A DNA stretch of 64,000 nt from Phoronis australis (Eukaryota > Animalia > Phoronida): positions 496,001 to 560,000 of the forward strand of contig NMRA01000148.1 of the NCBI GenBank assembly GCA_002633005.1, written 5' to 3'. A model generated the notes under the pieces. The model saw only the letters and a program-made list of their open reading frames with translations. It was not told where the DNA came from and searched no databases. Position numbers and translations under genes: made by a program. This document shows positions 1 through 14,900 of the stretch, piece by piece; positions within the stretch are counted from its first letter, which is position 1; the number at the start of each line of letters is the position of its first letter.

Positions 1-2532
1 TGCTGTCATAAGACAATTATTGGCAATCACAGCAATGTTAGAAGCCCTAAAAGTAAAATAGGTCAATTTTGGAAATTGTTCTTGTCTGAAATTGTTGCGA
101 TAATACAGCAGGTCGATTGGTAAAACATTTCCCCCTTCAATTCATGGAAACACTCACTTTTGTTACAATAAATTTGTCCTTACTTCCAAATGAAAAACAA
201 AATCTTTTATCAGATTTCAAAAAAAGTATTTAGAGTTAAACACCTATTTTAAGGTCAGTCGTGTTAGGACAAAAAAACTTGATTGTAATATATGCCTAGC
301 ATAAACAGTATTTAAAATAATTAAGAAGCAGCAAAGTGTGTTGCCCTATTTAACATCAATGTCCTCTATGGTGTGTTTTGACTTGCCACAGTAAAAGGTT
401 TAGATGTTTCTGTGATGACCTTGGCTCACCTATGAAAAGTATGAAAAAACAATGCATCGATCATGGAAGACCAGAAAAAACGTGTTTTGTATACTAGGAC
501 ATTGAAGGACGGTTGGCGCCAGTTGGATGCAGGAATTCCTGGAGTTTAAAATTTAAAGCCACTCAGTACTGATAAGGACTTTCGAATGTAAACATGAATT
601 TAGAAGTTCTTGTGGAACATGAATTTACTTTCGATTGTGTCGAGAATTCAGAAAATTGCACTGGACACTAAGCAAAAAAATTAATAGCTTAGTGCCCAGC
701 ATACACGCAGTATGAACTACACGTGAAATACAAGCTTTCTGAGTTTTAGTTTCCTCAGCAGTTTATATGAAAAACAAAAAGGAAAATTTGCATAATATGT
801 GGTATGTGGTTACCACAACTGCTGATTAATTTGTCAATTCAAATTCCAAAACTTCTGAATCTTTAACAGACAGCTAAACATTACTTGATGAAACAACACC
901 CAACAACTTCTACAAAATTGTTTATGTAACCTAAGCCAACAGGTAACACTTTTCAATTGTTATCCGATGAAGAAAACGAACGTTATTGACATCCAGCTCT
1001 AGTAAAACCATGACTTGGAATGACCAATGACAAAAAAGAGGAAAACTTTCCAGGTGTATTGATCCACAAACACATAGGCTTGTGTGACAGAAATATTTTT
1101 GTGTTGTAAACTTTAACTGAAGTGAACATTTTTGCATGAATTAAGTCAAAATAATGATAAAATAGAGACAAAAAAAGAATAAACTGGAAATCAAATATTA
1201 AGAGGAAATCGAAACCAAAAAAGAAGAAATCCTCTTAAAAGAGGAAAATTCCAAACCCTGCAAAACAATAGCGAGGATTAAATGAATAATAAGTCACTTT
1301 AAGACTTAATTTCAGACTCCATTGTTATTGAAAACGAAGTGAAATATAGTCACCAGATAGGGTACTATAAACTCAACCTTCACTCATTACACGCAAAGTG
1401 AACTCTCCAAACAATGAAAACCACAGAAGTGCAGATAAAACCCATATGCCAGCTGATTTTAAAAAACCCACACAATTGGTAACCTCAGGCAGCATACAAA
1501 GGATTTAGCTAGGCCGGTGAATACAAAACAATCCAAACTGTTGTCCGTCTACAGGTGAACCGGATACAGGTGAACCGACTAACAATCGGGGGGGATTTCA
1601 TCTTGTCTACAGCGCTGCTGTCGTTTCTCAAATCCATTGACAGTTGTCGGCTTGCAAACACCCAGAGACATCATGGATAACTTGTGGACTTGCACCCTGA
1701 TTTGTAACTTGTGTTTTAGGTGATAGGATTTAACTCCAGTGTGATCAGATGGCACGTGCCTAGTAAAGTTTGCCCACAAAAGATTTGCTAATCCGTGTAT
1801 TAAGTCGATAAATTTCCAGGATCACTTTTAATCTTTTATTTTTGTATGATTGTTACTTAATCATGCTTCCACTGAAAATCACAATACCAGTTGATCTGTT
1901 CATGCAATTTTGGTGCACTCAGGTGATAAAGTGTCGTTTTCACACATACAGTTTACATGTCATCGAGTTACATGTGATGTGGTCAGATGTTTATAAGCCA
2001 ACACCATCCCACAGTATATCAGAAAAATGGCAATCGTAGACAAAATCCATTCAATTACAGTAGAGCTTGTCAAACCATCACAAACTTATATAACGATGTT
2101 TCTTCCATTTGGAACCTGATAATGCAGAATCCTGAAATACTATTTTATCAAAAATGTAAATAAAAGTAAACAAAAAGATAACTTTATTATATCATTTGCC
2201 AAGTTTGTGCTGTACAGCTGTGGTCAACAAGCACAATAAAATATTGATTATTTTTAACAATGCATGAAGTTTTTGAAAACGGAACAATGCCAGTTTTGGC
2301 TATTCTTTTTGTTCGAATTTGAGGAAACATTACCGTATCCTACAGCCAACGCATACTGAGTGTAGTTCTCACAATACGCTAATAAATTTGAAAGAGCAGG
2401 TTAAAAGTCAGTGGTAATGAAATGAACACAACAGATGCATGCTACAATCTACGACCTCCCGCGGAGATAGCTGCGCATGAGCAACTTCCATTGGTCTACA
2501 GTATTTCCATGTATTTCTTGGTAGTTTTTCGG

Positions 2533-2664
2533 GAATGCATCTTGTTCGTGCAATTGCCATTTTAATAATGAGCCTCTTTTTAGGTTTAAAAAACAATGCA
2601 TTGTTTTTAAAACCTAAAAGAGGCTCACTTTTAAAATGGCGATTGCGTGAATAAGGTGTATTGC
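2533..2664. repeat. Imperfect spacerless palindrome (~130 bp)
   Basis: GAGCCTCTTTTTAGGTTTAAAAAACAATG|CATTGTTTTTAAAACCTAAAAGAGGCTC centred at 2598/2599, with decaying complementarity further out. Confidence 0.8.
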
Positions 2665-2797
2665 CTCAACTTTGTGAAAACAAGTTTGCTACGACTTGAG
2701 AGCAAACTTGGGGATTTTTGATGGGGCATCCAAAAATACATGCAATTTCTCTTTACATGAAGAATGAGTAAGTCTGCACATAAAAGGTGTGACTTAC

Positions 2798-2941
2798 CTT
2801 GATGACATTGTCAGGTATGCTGACAATCTCCAGCCATTGCTGAGTCCTGGGGTAATCCTGCAACCGACTGGCATACTTGTTGTTGTTGGCAACTTTTGCC
2901 TTGGCAATGAGCTGCTTACAGAACAGCTTTATCAACTTCGA
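2798..2941 (-). CDS. KSR: KSR coding exon 2 (48 codons)
   Basis: Acceptor CATTTTAG|TCG, donor AAG|GTAAGT, 144 nt; overlaps ORF 2753..2935. Confidence 0.88.
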
Positions 2942-5900
2942 CTAAAATGCAAACACAGAGGAGGTATGATGAGAGTGCAGTCAACAAATGCAAAGGATAT
3001 CGCATATAACGATGCGCTTCAATTACTTTTGGCCAAATGCCGACAAATTGAATCGAGTCATTTTGGTTGTGAATTATCTGCCTCAAATTTGTGTATTTTT
3101 GCCTGGTTTTGTACACTTGGCTAATACTAGCCAAATTTCCGTAAGAATCCGCATCTTTGGCGAACAGGTCTGCAGTTGACACAGGAAATGTCCACGTTGG
3201 AGGCAAGGGCCGTTTAATTGCTGTCCGCATAACATGGATGTAAGCATGTGTGCATTATCATTGTGTCTGTGTACACTGTTGTAACTAATGAGACATTGGC
3301 GAAAAATGGGCGGACCGCAGTATCTGCCTCAGCATCCACACACCATTGTGAATGTGTATAATGTACATATTTTGTATGTATTGTGGTAAAAATCCTTCAG
3401 TTTGGGCCAGTTAAAATCATTTTCTTCCAGGAAATTGACATACTGACCACTTCAATTTCAAGAATTACGATCAAAAAGTGATCATTCACTTCCATGTAGG
3501 ACACCATGAGAATGCACAAAAACATTTCCAAGTAGATTTCAGACTGATATACGTAAAACACTGTGTCCCACATTAAAGAAATACAACGTCCCAATCTTCA
3601 GAATCAAGAAAATTCAATTTCGGCTTCAACTTGTATGTTTCAAATTTTAAAGACTGCCAGCCTGGAGAATATTTACCATACTATTTTTGTTGTTTCTTTC
3701 TCCTGCCCCGTGCATATAGGTCAGATATTGCACAGGACTGATCCTACAGTGTAAAGGGGCAAGATTTCTATCAGGGTGGTTTCACTATACTTCAAATAAT
3801 TTGACAACATTGTGGAATTTATTTCAAGACCAACAACAGCAGTGCTTTGCCTTAAAATAAACTGCATTAACAAACATCTGATACTGGTCTACTGATAACC
3901 AATACAAAAATAAACCTCTACATCAACAAGCTTGCAACCATGCTTTAAATAGGTCAGAAATGGACAGAGGATCATTGGATCAGATTTTGGAGATTAGAGC
4001 AGCTTAAATACAAAACAATGTAATTTTATGACATCAAAATACTGCACAGGTGTGCTGTGGACCATGGTACGTGGTAACATACGTGTGCTGTAGACCATGG
4101 TATGTGGTAACATATAGGTACTATTAAAAGTACATGAAACAGAATGCTGCACAGGAACTACCAATTCTTTGGCAGAAGTGTCTGGCTCTCCACGTTCTTC
4201 TAAAGCTGCTACAAGCCACCTTCTCAAAATCTCTGTCTTTGGAAATTTGTGGTTGGGGACTCTAGAGCAACATCTTAAATCTACCAGTGGAGTCATCCAT
4301 TCTTAATATCCTTTTTGCTAGAGTCTTGGTTGTAGTTTAGGTATATGAACGAGTTTGTGTGCCTCTTTACATGTACACATATACATACACGTTTACAACC
4401 GCTCTTCAATGTAGGAAATAAGAAATCGTATTTCCCAGTTTTTCATTCGCATGCTCTTAGCAATCTTCAAGTCCATCGTTTCTCAATATATTTAAGATAA
4501 TGAGCACAGGAATTCACAACGTAGCTTAAAGAACCATAAAAATGAAAAGGGCTACGCTTGCAATTATTTTTGAGCTTAGTGAGATGTTAAAACTTGAATA
4601 AGAAATCACAACTTCAATCATTCCTAATTGAAGTCGTTTTTACTAGATTCTATTTCAAGTCTTACACTGATAACATTGTATCTGGATCACAACACCAAGA
4701 TGAGAATCTGTCACATATCAAAAAAAAAAATTTCGAATTGCAGTAGAAGTCAACATGATCACGTTTTGCAGCTACAAAGAAAAAAGCATTTCACTCCGTT
4801 ATAAAATTAGCAGCCAATAAGCCAAAAAAGTTATCTACATCATGTGAACCTTGAAAGGTTATTTTTTGCCCTGATCAGTGCATGCATGTGACTGGTGTAC
4901 AGGTGGTTACTCCAATTACCAGTTGAATAGGTTTTGATTAAAATTTTAGGAATTAACAATGGATGGGCCACATCCCAATCTATTGGAATTGGAATCAATT
5001 ACATACAATAAGGAGTCCAATGGCTGTTTAACACTACACATATTCCTTAAGGTTATCTCAAACCTTATTTAGTGGCCATTCTAACTTGTATATCAAAAAA
5101 ACTTAGCTTTGTCAACTAGTAAAAGTATATATTTTCTGAAAGAAAAAGATGAAGGAATATAAAAATATGTTTTGTATTTATGTACCATTATTATTATTAT
5201 TACATTAATACCTCTTTAAAGTCAACATTTCATTTTTAATAATGGTACATTCATAGCAAAATAACACCCAGGTCGATTTTAATGAAACCCTTTTTAAATG
5301 AAAACTTCACCAATTACCTCAAAAACACTGTTAGGAAATTTCGATTAGTCTTTTCATTTGGTTTCTACAGCAAATCAACTTGCAAACGTATTTTTGTAAA
5401 AAAATAGAAGTCGTAATTGTCTTGATAACATTACACAAAACCTAGGCCTTGATATCAGAAATCCTAAAAGAGCTTTGAGATTGATGAATAAATATTAAGT
5501 TTGGAAACTTTCTGCGAAATCCACCACGCCGTTTTCAAGAACTCGTGTTCCTAAGTTCAAATAAAGTTGATTTGCCGAAGCCGAGAAAAAGCAGATTAAA
5601 CTGCTATGAGTGAAAATCTGTCTTCGGTTAATTTTTCGTTGAAAACTTGTTTCGGTAAATATAACCTGTACACGCCTTAACTATGTTAGCTATTCCAACA
5701 TTCACTGGAATGCGAACTGAATTTGCAGTGCGTAATTAACTTAATTATCATTACAACGTAGGGTCCCCAGCCATGAGGTGGGATCAACTGTTACTGTTGT
5801 TTGACCTACTTTTAAGTAGGTCACAGGTCATTGTTATAAACATAGCCTGTACACGTCACGTGCCGGGAGACTGATATGAAACCAAGCAAGAAATGGATAC

Positions 5901-8900
5901 GTAACAAAAATCGAGTCGGTGGTTAAAGCATGTCGTTAGCATGATATCGAAACAGCGAAATGTCAGTTTATTTATTGAACTGTGGGTGAGGATTTTTCAC
6001 TTTTCACAATTTGCTATGTTGATGACCAGAGAGGCATGGGGCAACTCATAGCATTCATTTTCAACAGTCGCATGCATGTAGACACACAACTCCCTCAGGA
6101 ACAAAGCTACGTTTTGTCTGTTTTCCGCGGCACCATTTTATAATAAGTACACCTTGCTGACTCAATACTATGGCAACTCGGTGAATGAAAGGACTGAGGG
6201 TAAATACAAAACTGCTCTGTACCTGGCGAGAGATTCGATTTGAGTGACAGTCCTGTAACCTTTGACCTTGGATAAGTAGTAAACAAACATCCACGGGGTT
6301 GTGCAGTTCCAAGGTAGTTCTGCTAAATCTTTTTTTCTCATTACACGGTATATATTTTGTATTTGAAGTTCCCCCAAGAATGAAGATAAAGTATTTTGCT
6401 AGACACGTGAAATATTGTAAAAATGGCCAATTTTTTTAATAAGGTTTGAGATAACCTTAAGACCTATGTCTAGCTGAACCCATATCTTTGAAATACAATT
6501 TTCCAAATTTCAGGTTTTAGAACTATGTAGAACCATAGTGGCAAGCCTTGAATTTAGTAAAATATCTACAAAACTACAGAAATTAACTTTGTAGAAGTAA
6601 ACTTTCTGTAAATGGAAAGTCTGTAGACCTTGATTCCTAATTTTATTCCAATGTCATTGACTACCTGAACATGTTTTTCTTAGTAAAATTTATTAAAAAA
6701 AGGTACATTCTTTGTAAAATAACAAAATTGATAACGTGACTAAATTTCATTTGACGTAAATGTTCAAGATGAAATCTCAAAAGCAAATGTCATTTTGTTT
6801 CCAGTGCTGACATCTAGGTTGATGCCAACTCGCATTTGACGACATCCCAGGGCGCCAAACGAAATCTGAGGTCACCAAAACTGGCGTTGGAATCGTCGAC
6901 TAAAAGAGGTCTTCATTCTCAACTATAGAATGTGCAGCATTCAGTCTCTTAACTCAATTAAAGAGAGAACACATACACTGGAGGTGCGTGTTTCAATCTT
7001 GCCCGATTTTTGCCACACAATTCCAACTTCCGTCTGTTTACTTCCTGTTGTAATTTAAGCGTGTTTGATGTGTGCTGACTGCTGTGGTGGCAAATACACC
7101 GATTTCACGAAATAAATGAAACAATTCTGAACCAAAGGTATTAAAACTAGGAAAACTATTAGTAATTTAAATTTTGGAAGTCAAAACAAACTTTGAAACA
7201 AATTTTGGGGTAAGAATTACCTGACTTTGATACTCGCAGTGGCGACATCATGGTGACTTGGGATTTTCCCAGGTTGCCAAACACAATTTGAGGTCATGTT
7301 GGTGACCTGCAGGTCGCCAAATCGAGCACTGGTTTCAGTTTTATATATCTGTCAAGTTGTTTTAAAAATACATAAAAAGGATTTAGAAACAATTCCAAAC
7401 GGCAAGCTAGAAAGCAGCGCATAAAGCATAGTATGTCAAAGTTTCACGTGAATAAAATCGGCCATTTATGAGATAGGATATTTCTAAGTTAGCCAAATTT
7501 GGATATTTTTCTAAAGCTCTACTTAACCTTAAACAGCCAGGTCTGAAAATATAGATGATCTGTGTCTATGGAATAAATATTTAGCATTGTCTATATTGCG
7601 CTAAAGTTTATCATACCCATGAATATAAAACAGATTGCAACTGGCTGAGCAGTAGGCATTAACCTGTACATGTCAACCATTTTTTGCTCTAACCATATAG
7701 CACTTTTTGTAAAAAAACTGACGGAAACCAGACAAAATATAGTCAAGAGTCAAATGCATTACATGTACCTACTTACCTATTAGAGGCCCTTACATCTAGA
7801 AACTCTGAGTATTGTTATACTCCTTGGTAACTCCTTTGGCCCTGTGGAGCAAGGCTCGTGATATGAGATTTATGTCGACAAAAGACATTGCCAGTAAAAG
7901 CCAAAGCGAAGGTTTGAAAACTATCATGAAGGTGGGCAAAAATGTGTATCAATTAACGAAAAAATTGTAGCATTTTGGCACTACAGAAATGGCAAAAATA
8001 CGTAGCAAACATGTAATTCCCATATTGGTTGACATCTACGTTAACCCAAATGAGTTGCGTGGGTAAAGAACACCCACAATTCTCAAAAAGTTCATTTTAA
8101 ATGCCCATGCCCATCCCACTTTTTCAACTAGCCACCAACCCAAACAAACACAATATTAGAATAAATAAATAAATTCATTACACCATGTTTTGCATTTAAC
8201 TTTTTATCGAATGTTAAGTTGTTAGACAAAAAAATTATTCTTATCTTGAGAGTCAACTAGGTAATCTCTGAAGTCAATAGGTGTTTCCGTTTTTCAGGGA
8301 AATGACCAACGCCTTTACTTCCGAATGCAGAGCAGATCGAGAAGATATGTAATAGTTAAGTTTCATTTCTAGACATGTACTATCTTTAGTAGACAGCAAC
8401 TCTGTTTATCAGAATGACCTATTCCCAGTGTCTATGTTGAGTCAATATGGCATAGTTATGCGATATGTTCTCAGAAAAATGCTAACGCAAGTCAAGCCCA
8501 AATACCTCTCATTTCTTACGTACAGAAAAAAATGATCGATTTGAATAACATCATTCACTTAGCAGAATAGAACAATACAAAAAAAATGAAATTATTTACA
8601 AAGCATGCAGAGTTGGCATTTGTTTGCATTTGTGGATGCTAGTATAAGATTCTATGCCGGAGTTGACCCCTTTAGGACTATGGCAATTGTACAAAGGGAT
8701 AACCCTGTCTAAGTAACAACTCATACGTATTTATCCGATTTTTGCAGAGTGCTGGTCTGTCACTACCAATCAACTAGTCATCTCAAAACTGCCCAGACCG
8801 TGCGATGTAGTTACGATGTCTAGTCCTTGTAATTTGACGTGTGAATCACAGTAACTCTCGTCATATGGTTGTTGTGCACTGCCCTTGCGGAGGAACCACA

Positions 8901-11900
8901 CATTGCACTGGGCCTTTATACACGGGGTAAAATAGAACGGAAGGAAACCCTGCTGTTCTATACACAAGTCGGGTCGTTTCATGATCTTTTTCAAGTACCA
9001 AATAGGTCATTCAATTGTACAAGTACAAAGTAAACAAAATTTGACTAGTTGTCGAGTTCAAAAAACCCGACATCGCCTTTCCAGCAGTCAAATTCGAAGA
9101 AACAGAACAAACTTCAACAGCAGAAAGCCAATTTCTTTTGAGAAAAATATTCCAATTACTTGATATTTAGTAACATGATTAAAAAATGACTAGAGCGAAT
9201 CTAAAACTTGGCAAATTTGCAAAAGACCACTGTGTACACAACAAGCAATTCACTTAGAAACATAGCAGCAAATTGCATCACGTTCCCTGTATGACTCAGA
9301 CACTACTGGCAATTCTAAGAACGTAGAACGTATTGAGCTGCACTCGGTGATTCAGGTACAACATTATCCACGCCTGCTAATTACACAAACACATTTAACT
9401 GACGACCGTTTTCTATTGAGTTTTAATTTGTCGAAGACATCCAATGACACAGAAATTAAAAGACACCACTTCAAAAGCTTGCCCCTTCCCACACAGTTAC
9501 GAGAATGTCGGTTTTCCCCTCGAGGCCAGTTGCAAGCAGAGGTCAGAAATTTTGCTAATTTACTGATTCTCTGCACAGTGAACCGTTCATCCATCGAATA
9601 CAACTTTTAAGTGCCGCCCAACCAGTCATTTGCATTATAAAAAGCTGAGGCATTTTTATGACCACTTCACAGTAAAACTACCTTTCACATGCACTAAATA
9701 CACCAAGCCAGTAAAGTCAGCCCAAAACATTAAGATTTAAATAGCCTACAAGGTGTGGTTAATGGAGTCACCATCTTTTAGTTAGAGACACACGGGGAGA
9801 TATCTGTGTGAAGTGACCATGCCTTCATGGAAACCAGAAATATTTTATTTAGAGACAATTAGTCATGGACAGAGAAAATCAACCAATTACAGTATAAACA
9901 CGTTGCTGTGTTGGTTTAAATGCTTTTTCCTACAGTCAATTAAAGGCAAGATAATATGCGCGCTGTCCTCAGGTATCAATGGGTAAACCCGTGACTGGAC
10001 ACTAAACCTTTCCAAGAATAGGTCAATGAACTTGAGTGTTGGCCTGTGTGACCTTTGACAGAAACGCCATAATTTACTGAGCAGACAAAAACTGGGTTAC
10101 ATAATGGTGTGAACAGGTGAGTGCAAAAATGTTGTGTTCCCAGGACTGCTGATGGCGGGCAGAAATCTACCCTCCACCAACTAATACCAGAACACATGAA
10201 AGTATGTAAACAAAGAAAAATTGATAAGGAATACAAAATAGGCACAAAATGTTCGAAGTTTCAGGAAACAACAAGAAAATTTGAAAATTACTCAGAGAAC
10301 AGGAAAATATTGCCAGTCATTCAAGTCAAATATGTGTGTTTCTAACAGTGCGTAATGCCTTGAATGCAGATGGGGCTAATTGCCATAGATTTTCATTTTA
10401 ACCTGCAAACGTCTGTCACATTTGAATACGTCGATCACATGCACTCCTATATCACGAGACCAGACCGGAAAAACATGCAAACTTCATACTATTGCCAATT
10501 CCTTTGGCAGCCTGACAAAAGTTTTACGGTATAGTTTTATGGTTTTATCAGCCGGTACCAACTGGAATAATAGCCAACTGATAATAGCATTATCAAGCAC
10601 AGTGCTCTGCAAGGCTGATGAAATGTTGCTTACCAAGACACTGGCCAACGCAAAATCACTGACAGTCAATTGGGGAAAAGTAAAGACACACACAATCTTA
10701 AATTCTTGACTTCAATGCTCCAAGACCATAGACAATTACATGGATTCTACGAAGTTGCTGCCACGGCAAAATGAGCAAATCCACCGCACTGTTGATGAAT
10801 AAGTGTGCACACATTTTGTTATTGTAAATAAGGAAAGCTTAGAAAACCAGAAAGAATTAACAAAACGCTGTAATTCAGATATGCAACAACTCGATGAACA
10901 TAGCTGATGAAATTTTAAAGGAGCATGATCAAAGCACTAAAGAATACCAGAATTTTTTTTTTTGATGTCCTTGAACTATACACCGAAAATTAGCAATTAA
11001 TTTCAATCATTACATCACTGACTAGTTCTGAACCTGAAATATGACTGCATCCCCGAGTACGGTAAAGACGTTTTCAAACAAGCAACATCGCTGGCCAAAA
11101 AGTAAAGAGGCATGTCGGCCAAAAAGTAAAGAGACATGTCGGCCAAAAAGTAAAGAGACACGTCGACCAAAAAGTTGTATGACTTCTCACTGCTCCATCC
11201 ATGCGAGTGTCAGACCGGCTAACACTAGATGTAACAAGCGCTGAATTATCGTACAACCGTGATCCCGCCAACGTTAATGTGAACGTTGATTTTGCTGCGG
11301 CAGCTGAGAACTGCCATTAAGTACTTCATCGCTGAAATGAATCAAAGAAGCAGGCTGATGGTAATTTACCTTGCATCAAATTTGTGGATATTACAGCATA
11401 CGAGCCAGTACTAGATTTGTATTTTGTTCAAGATTCCCAGGCACCAATCTAAACATCACTGAAAGACTTGTCTATTCATGAGGAAAAATTTTCTTGTTTG
11501 GGAGTGAAAAATTAATCTTTACCTCTATATTGGAGTTTGTACCTGATATTTGTAAAATTTAACTAAACATAATACTAAAAAACGGCAGCCTTCCCCTTCA
11601 AAGACTGAATGGAACTGTGAGAATAAGTACGATTAACACAAATGTGAGTTTTGATTGGTCAGTGAACGCACTCACACCTCCCACTTACGTACAGTGTAAG
11701 CTGAAAAGCTGCACTAAGTTGATCATGCTCAATTTCTCCACAATTTGTCCGTCGCGTGACATGTTGCGGAGCCATTCATACGCACAATGTTGATGTCTGG
11801 CCGACAGTGTCGCCCATCTAAAACCTGGATCAACCATTCGAGAGATGAATCACTTTCAGATACACAGTGGAGTTAGCACGCAGTACAGTACATTCAACGT

Positions 11901-14900
11901 TTCAATTGGTTTGTTTTGAAATAGAATCCATGGGTTAACAATAATTATCAAGTACAGGCACTAAAGCTGTTTGGGTGAACCACCGGCAACAACTTTTTCA
12001 ACTCAACTTAGTCACCACTCCAAAGGTTCGTTCTTCGAAGTAATTAACGCTGAACTGAAAAATCTGTCTAAAGTGGCTGAAACAAACAATTAGTTTCTGA
12101 CAACGCTGAACTATTGACTGGTATTACAGCATTCATTCCAGACAGTGCAGCAGAATCAAAACTTACAGATTGATGATTAGAAAACGCATTTATACTTTTT
12201 GAGATTCCCAATTTAAGCACCCTGGCCTAAACCTGCACAAGAGCCGCAGCTACAAACAATTCTGAGATGCAATTTAAATGCTAAGACAACCATCCTTTTT
12301 AACCAGCAGTGGGCACAGCCTGCACTGTTTATACAGATGAAAGACATAAATAGTGAAACTATGTCAAAACTACAAAAATGTCTGGGTTTAACAAATTAAA
12401 TGCTTCATGCAAACATTTAAATGGCAGCCTACAGTTTCATCTAGACATTCAGTAATGTGAAATAACATGTTATTATTTTCAAATGTTTCCATCTGACAAA
12501 AACCATTGTAGTGACCAGACATGGTAGACGCCTTGTCAAAACATCAAAGTGTGAGGTTTCATGTAAACTTGTAGAAGTCAATGTCAATGAGCTTTACACA
12601 GTCAAGGAAAAAAACATATTTCAACTTCTAGACACAATATTTAGTGTTAGCACACATGGCCTACTAATCCAAAATCTTGCTTGCTGGTAACATGGACACA
12701 ACAATGTGATTGAAAGCCGCTACAATGACATGCTTTGCTCGTAATACGCAGCGATATCTCGTGCCTGCACACTTACATGTCGCCAAAGTCGCTAGAGATC
12801 AACCTCAGTGAATGCATGCCAGGGTTCAAACTATGCCCTGTCATTTAAATAAAAAATGTTTTTGTTTTATTTAAGAAATAACATACCCTAGCCTGACAAT
12901 AATCAGTGAACTGGGGGCAGTGTTAGAAGAAAAAATGACAAGCGGGTTGTCAAATAGAAGTAAAAATAGGTTATACGATGAATGTTTTCAATAGCCATTA
13001 CCAGTAAGTCCCATAATAGATTTATTGGTTCTTATACTAAAAATAGGTTAGTCAAGCAAGACTAAAAAAGATCTGGGTCAGACTTTAGCAAAGCAAGGCA
13101 TGATCTAGATTGTATTTTTACAGAATACGTAAAACATCATCAAACAAGAAAATAGGGTCAACATAAGTTGCACGACTATGACTCCAACAAATATAGCACA
13201 ATGAAACAACAAACACTGAGCAGAAAGTATTGAAGCTGAGAAAGTGAATTTGACTACGTCTTTATTCATTGTCTTGAGGTGCAGTTCACAGACATTGCAG
13301 GTGTTGACCACTCAAACCCTTTCAGTTGTATCATCAGCTTAAACTGACCTATGGCAAGCTATGCCTCCTGGCGAAAAGTCAACAAACAAACAAGTTCTAC
13401 CTGACAACGTGTTATTTGTCGGGTAAAATGGCAGCTTGGAAATGAAGGTGTGTCAAGAATGCTGCGTTCTGATTGGTCAGTTAAGCCGTCACTCAAAATC
13501 CTGGCGATAGGTCAATTATATACCACAGATTCTCCGACAAGTTGTTTGAGCAAATCCTTACCATTTTAAAGTTACTGGACCCGATTTCGGCTAATAAGAC
13601 GACTAAAATTTCAATTGCAAGCAAGCCATGTGTCACTGCACTCAGTAGAAATAATCACGGAAAAATTAACCAAGATCCTGGCAAAAACCTGATGCATGAT
13701 TATTGTAACAGAATTCAAGGACAAGGAGGTTTTGGATTTTCAGTACTCCAATCAAAGATCATGATTTGTTTCTAAGTATACCATGCCAAAATACGGTTTA
13801 ATTTAAATATCAGCCCTCTGATTTGTCAAACTCGAATTTAGCAGCCTTAAGAAAATGTCGGATCCATTGGTTATGTCACCACGGTTTTGTCAAGACTGAC
13901 GGCTGAGCAAAACTTGCAGAGGATGAAACATTCTTTTCAAAGACAAAGATTCAATGATCTTGACAGGTTTCTAAATAATTTGATTTCAGTAAATTACACT
14001 GTTTAAAGATTTTCACTCACCCCCAGAGCTAATAGGACTCGATACAACACAAAACTCAGTGACAACTTCCAGATTTTGTGTGCAAATACTGCGAAGGTGC
14101 ATGCTGGAATGAGCACTACATGGAAGTTAAAAATTATAATGTATGTTACAGTAGACACTATTATTTCAAGTATTGACCATGGGCATCCAAGTCTGCTAGG
14201 TTTCTATCAAGAACAGTATGAATAAGCCATTTATAAATCCGAACTTCCACAAGACCACCGATCAGTCATTGAACTGCAAGACTGTAACTGCTGTGGATTA
14301 AGCTTTTAGACTGAGTTATATCGATAAACTTAAGTTGATAATGGTCAGCAATCCCAAGTTTCAAGGGGACCAAATTACTGCGTAGTATCTTGACTCTGGG
14401 TGACTGTAAATCAGTGTTCAGACCAACATTACGACACTTGCAATTACTACTTGAAGAATGCTACGTCTCCTGTACTTAAACTTTCAGTGTAAATGGTACA
14501 TGCATTTGCTGTACATACTCTGCAGGGGTATGATTCATGTTCAAAGCCAAATAATTTGGAGATGCTACACAAAATAGTAACTGGTATTTACCAAACACTT
14601 CAAAACATCAATGTCTAAAGCACAATTTAATAAAAACTTCCTATAAATGTGCATGACATGTCAGGAATCACTACTTGAAAGAACATATATACTACTTGAC
14701 TCAAAAAAGAAAAAAATATTTTTAAGTTACGGAGCTTGTAAATTCCACTTGCGAGTAGAGCAGCATCCTGCATTACTTTCGCGACTGTTTGTCAACCCCA
14801 GTCTATGAAAAACCTTGTCTTTTTGCCAACATTATATACATATCTTTGACATCCCACACTGATGGTCAGTGCGCCTAGATACCCCTTTCCACATACCACC

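Noticed and set aside
1-2797. Search for KSR exon 3
   Set aside because: No frame with the expected SAM-like continuation and splice sites was recognised. It probably lies left of the window, though a small exon could have been missed by eye.
11041-11271. Repetitive ORFs (RPKSKETC)n and a CRISPR-like periodicity
   Set aside because: This is a head-to-tail 24-bp minisatellite with no unique spacers, in a eukaryotic intron.
14015-14110. Strong - strand donor (G|GTGAGT) suggesting an alternative KSR exon
   Set aside because: The upstream ATG frame ends in phase 1, incompatible with phase-0 exon 2, and the cassette frames tested contain a stop codon.
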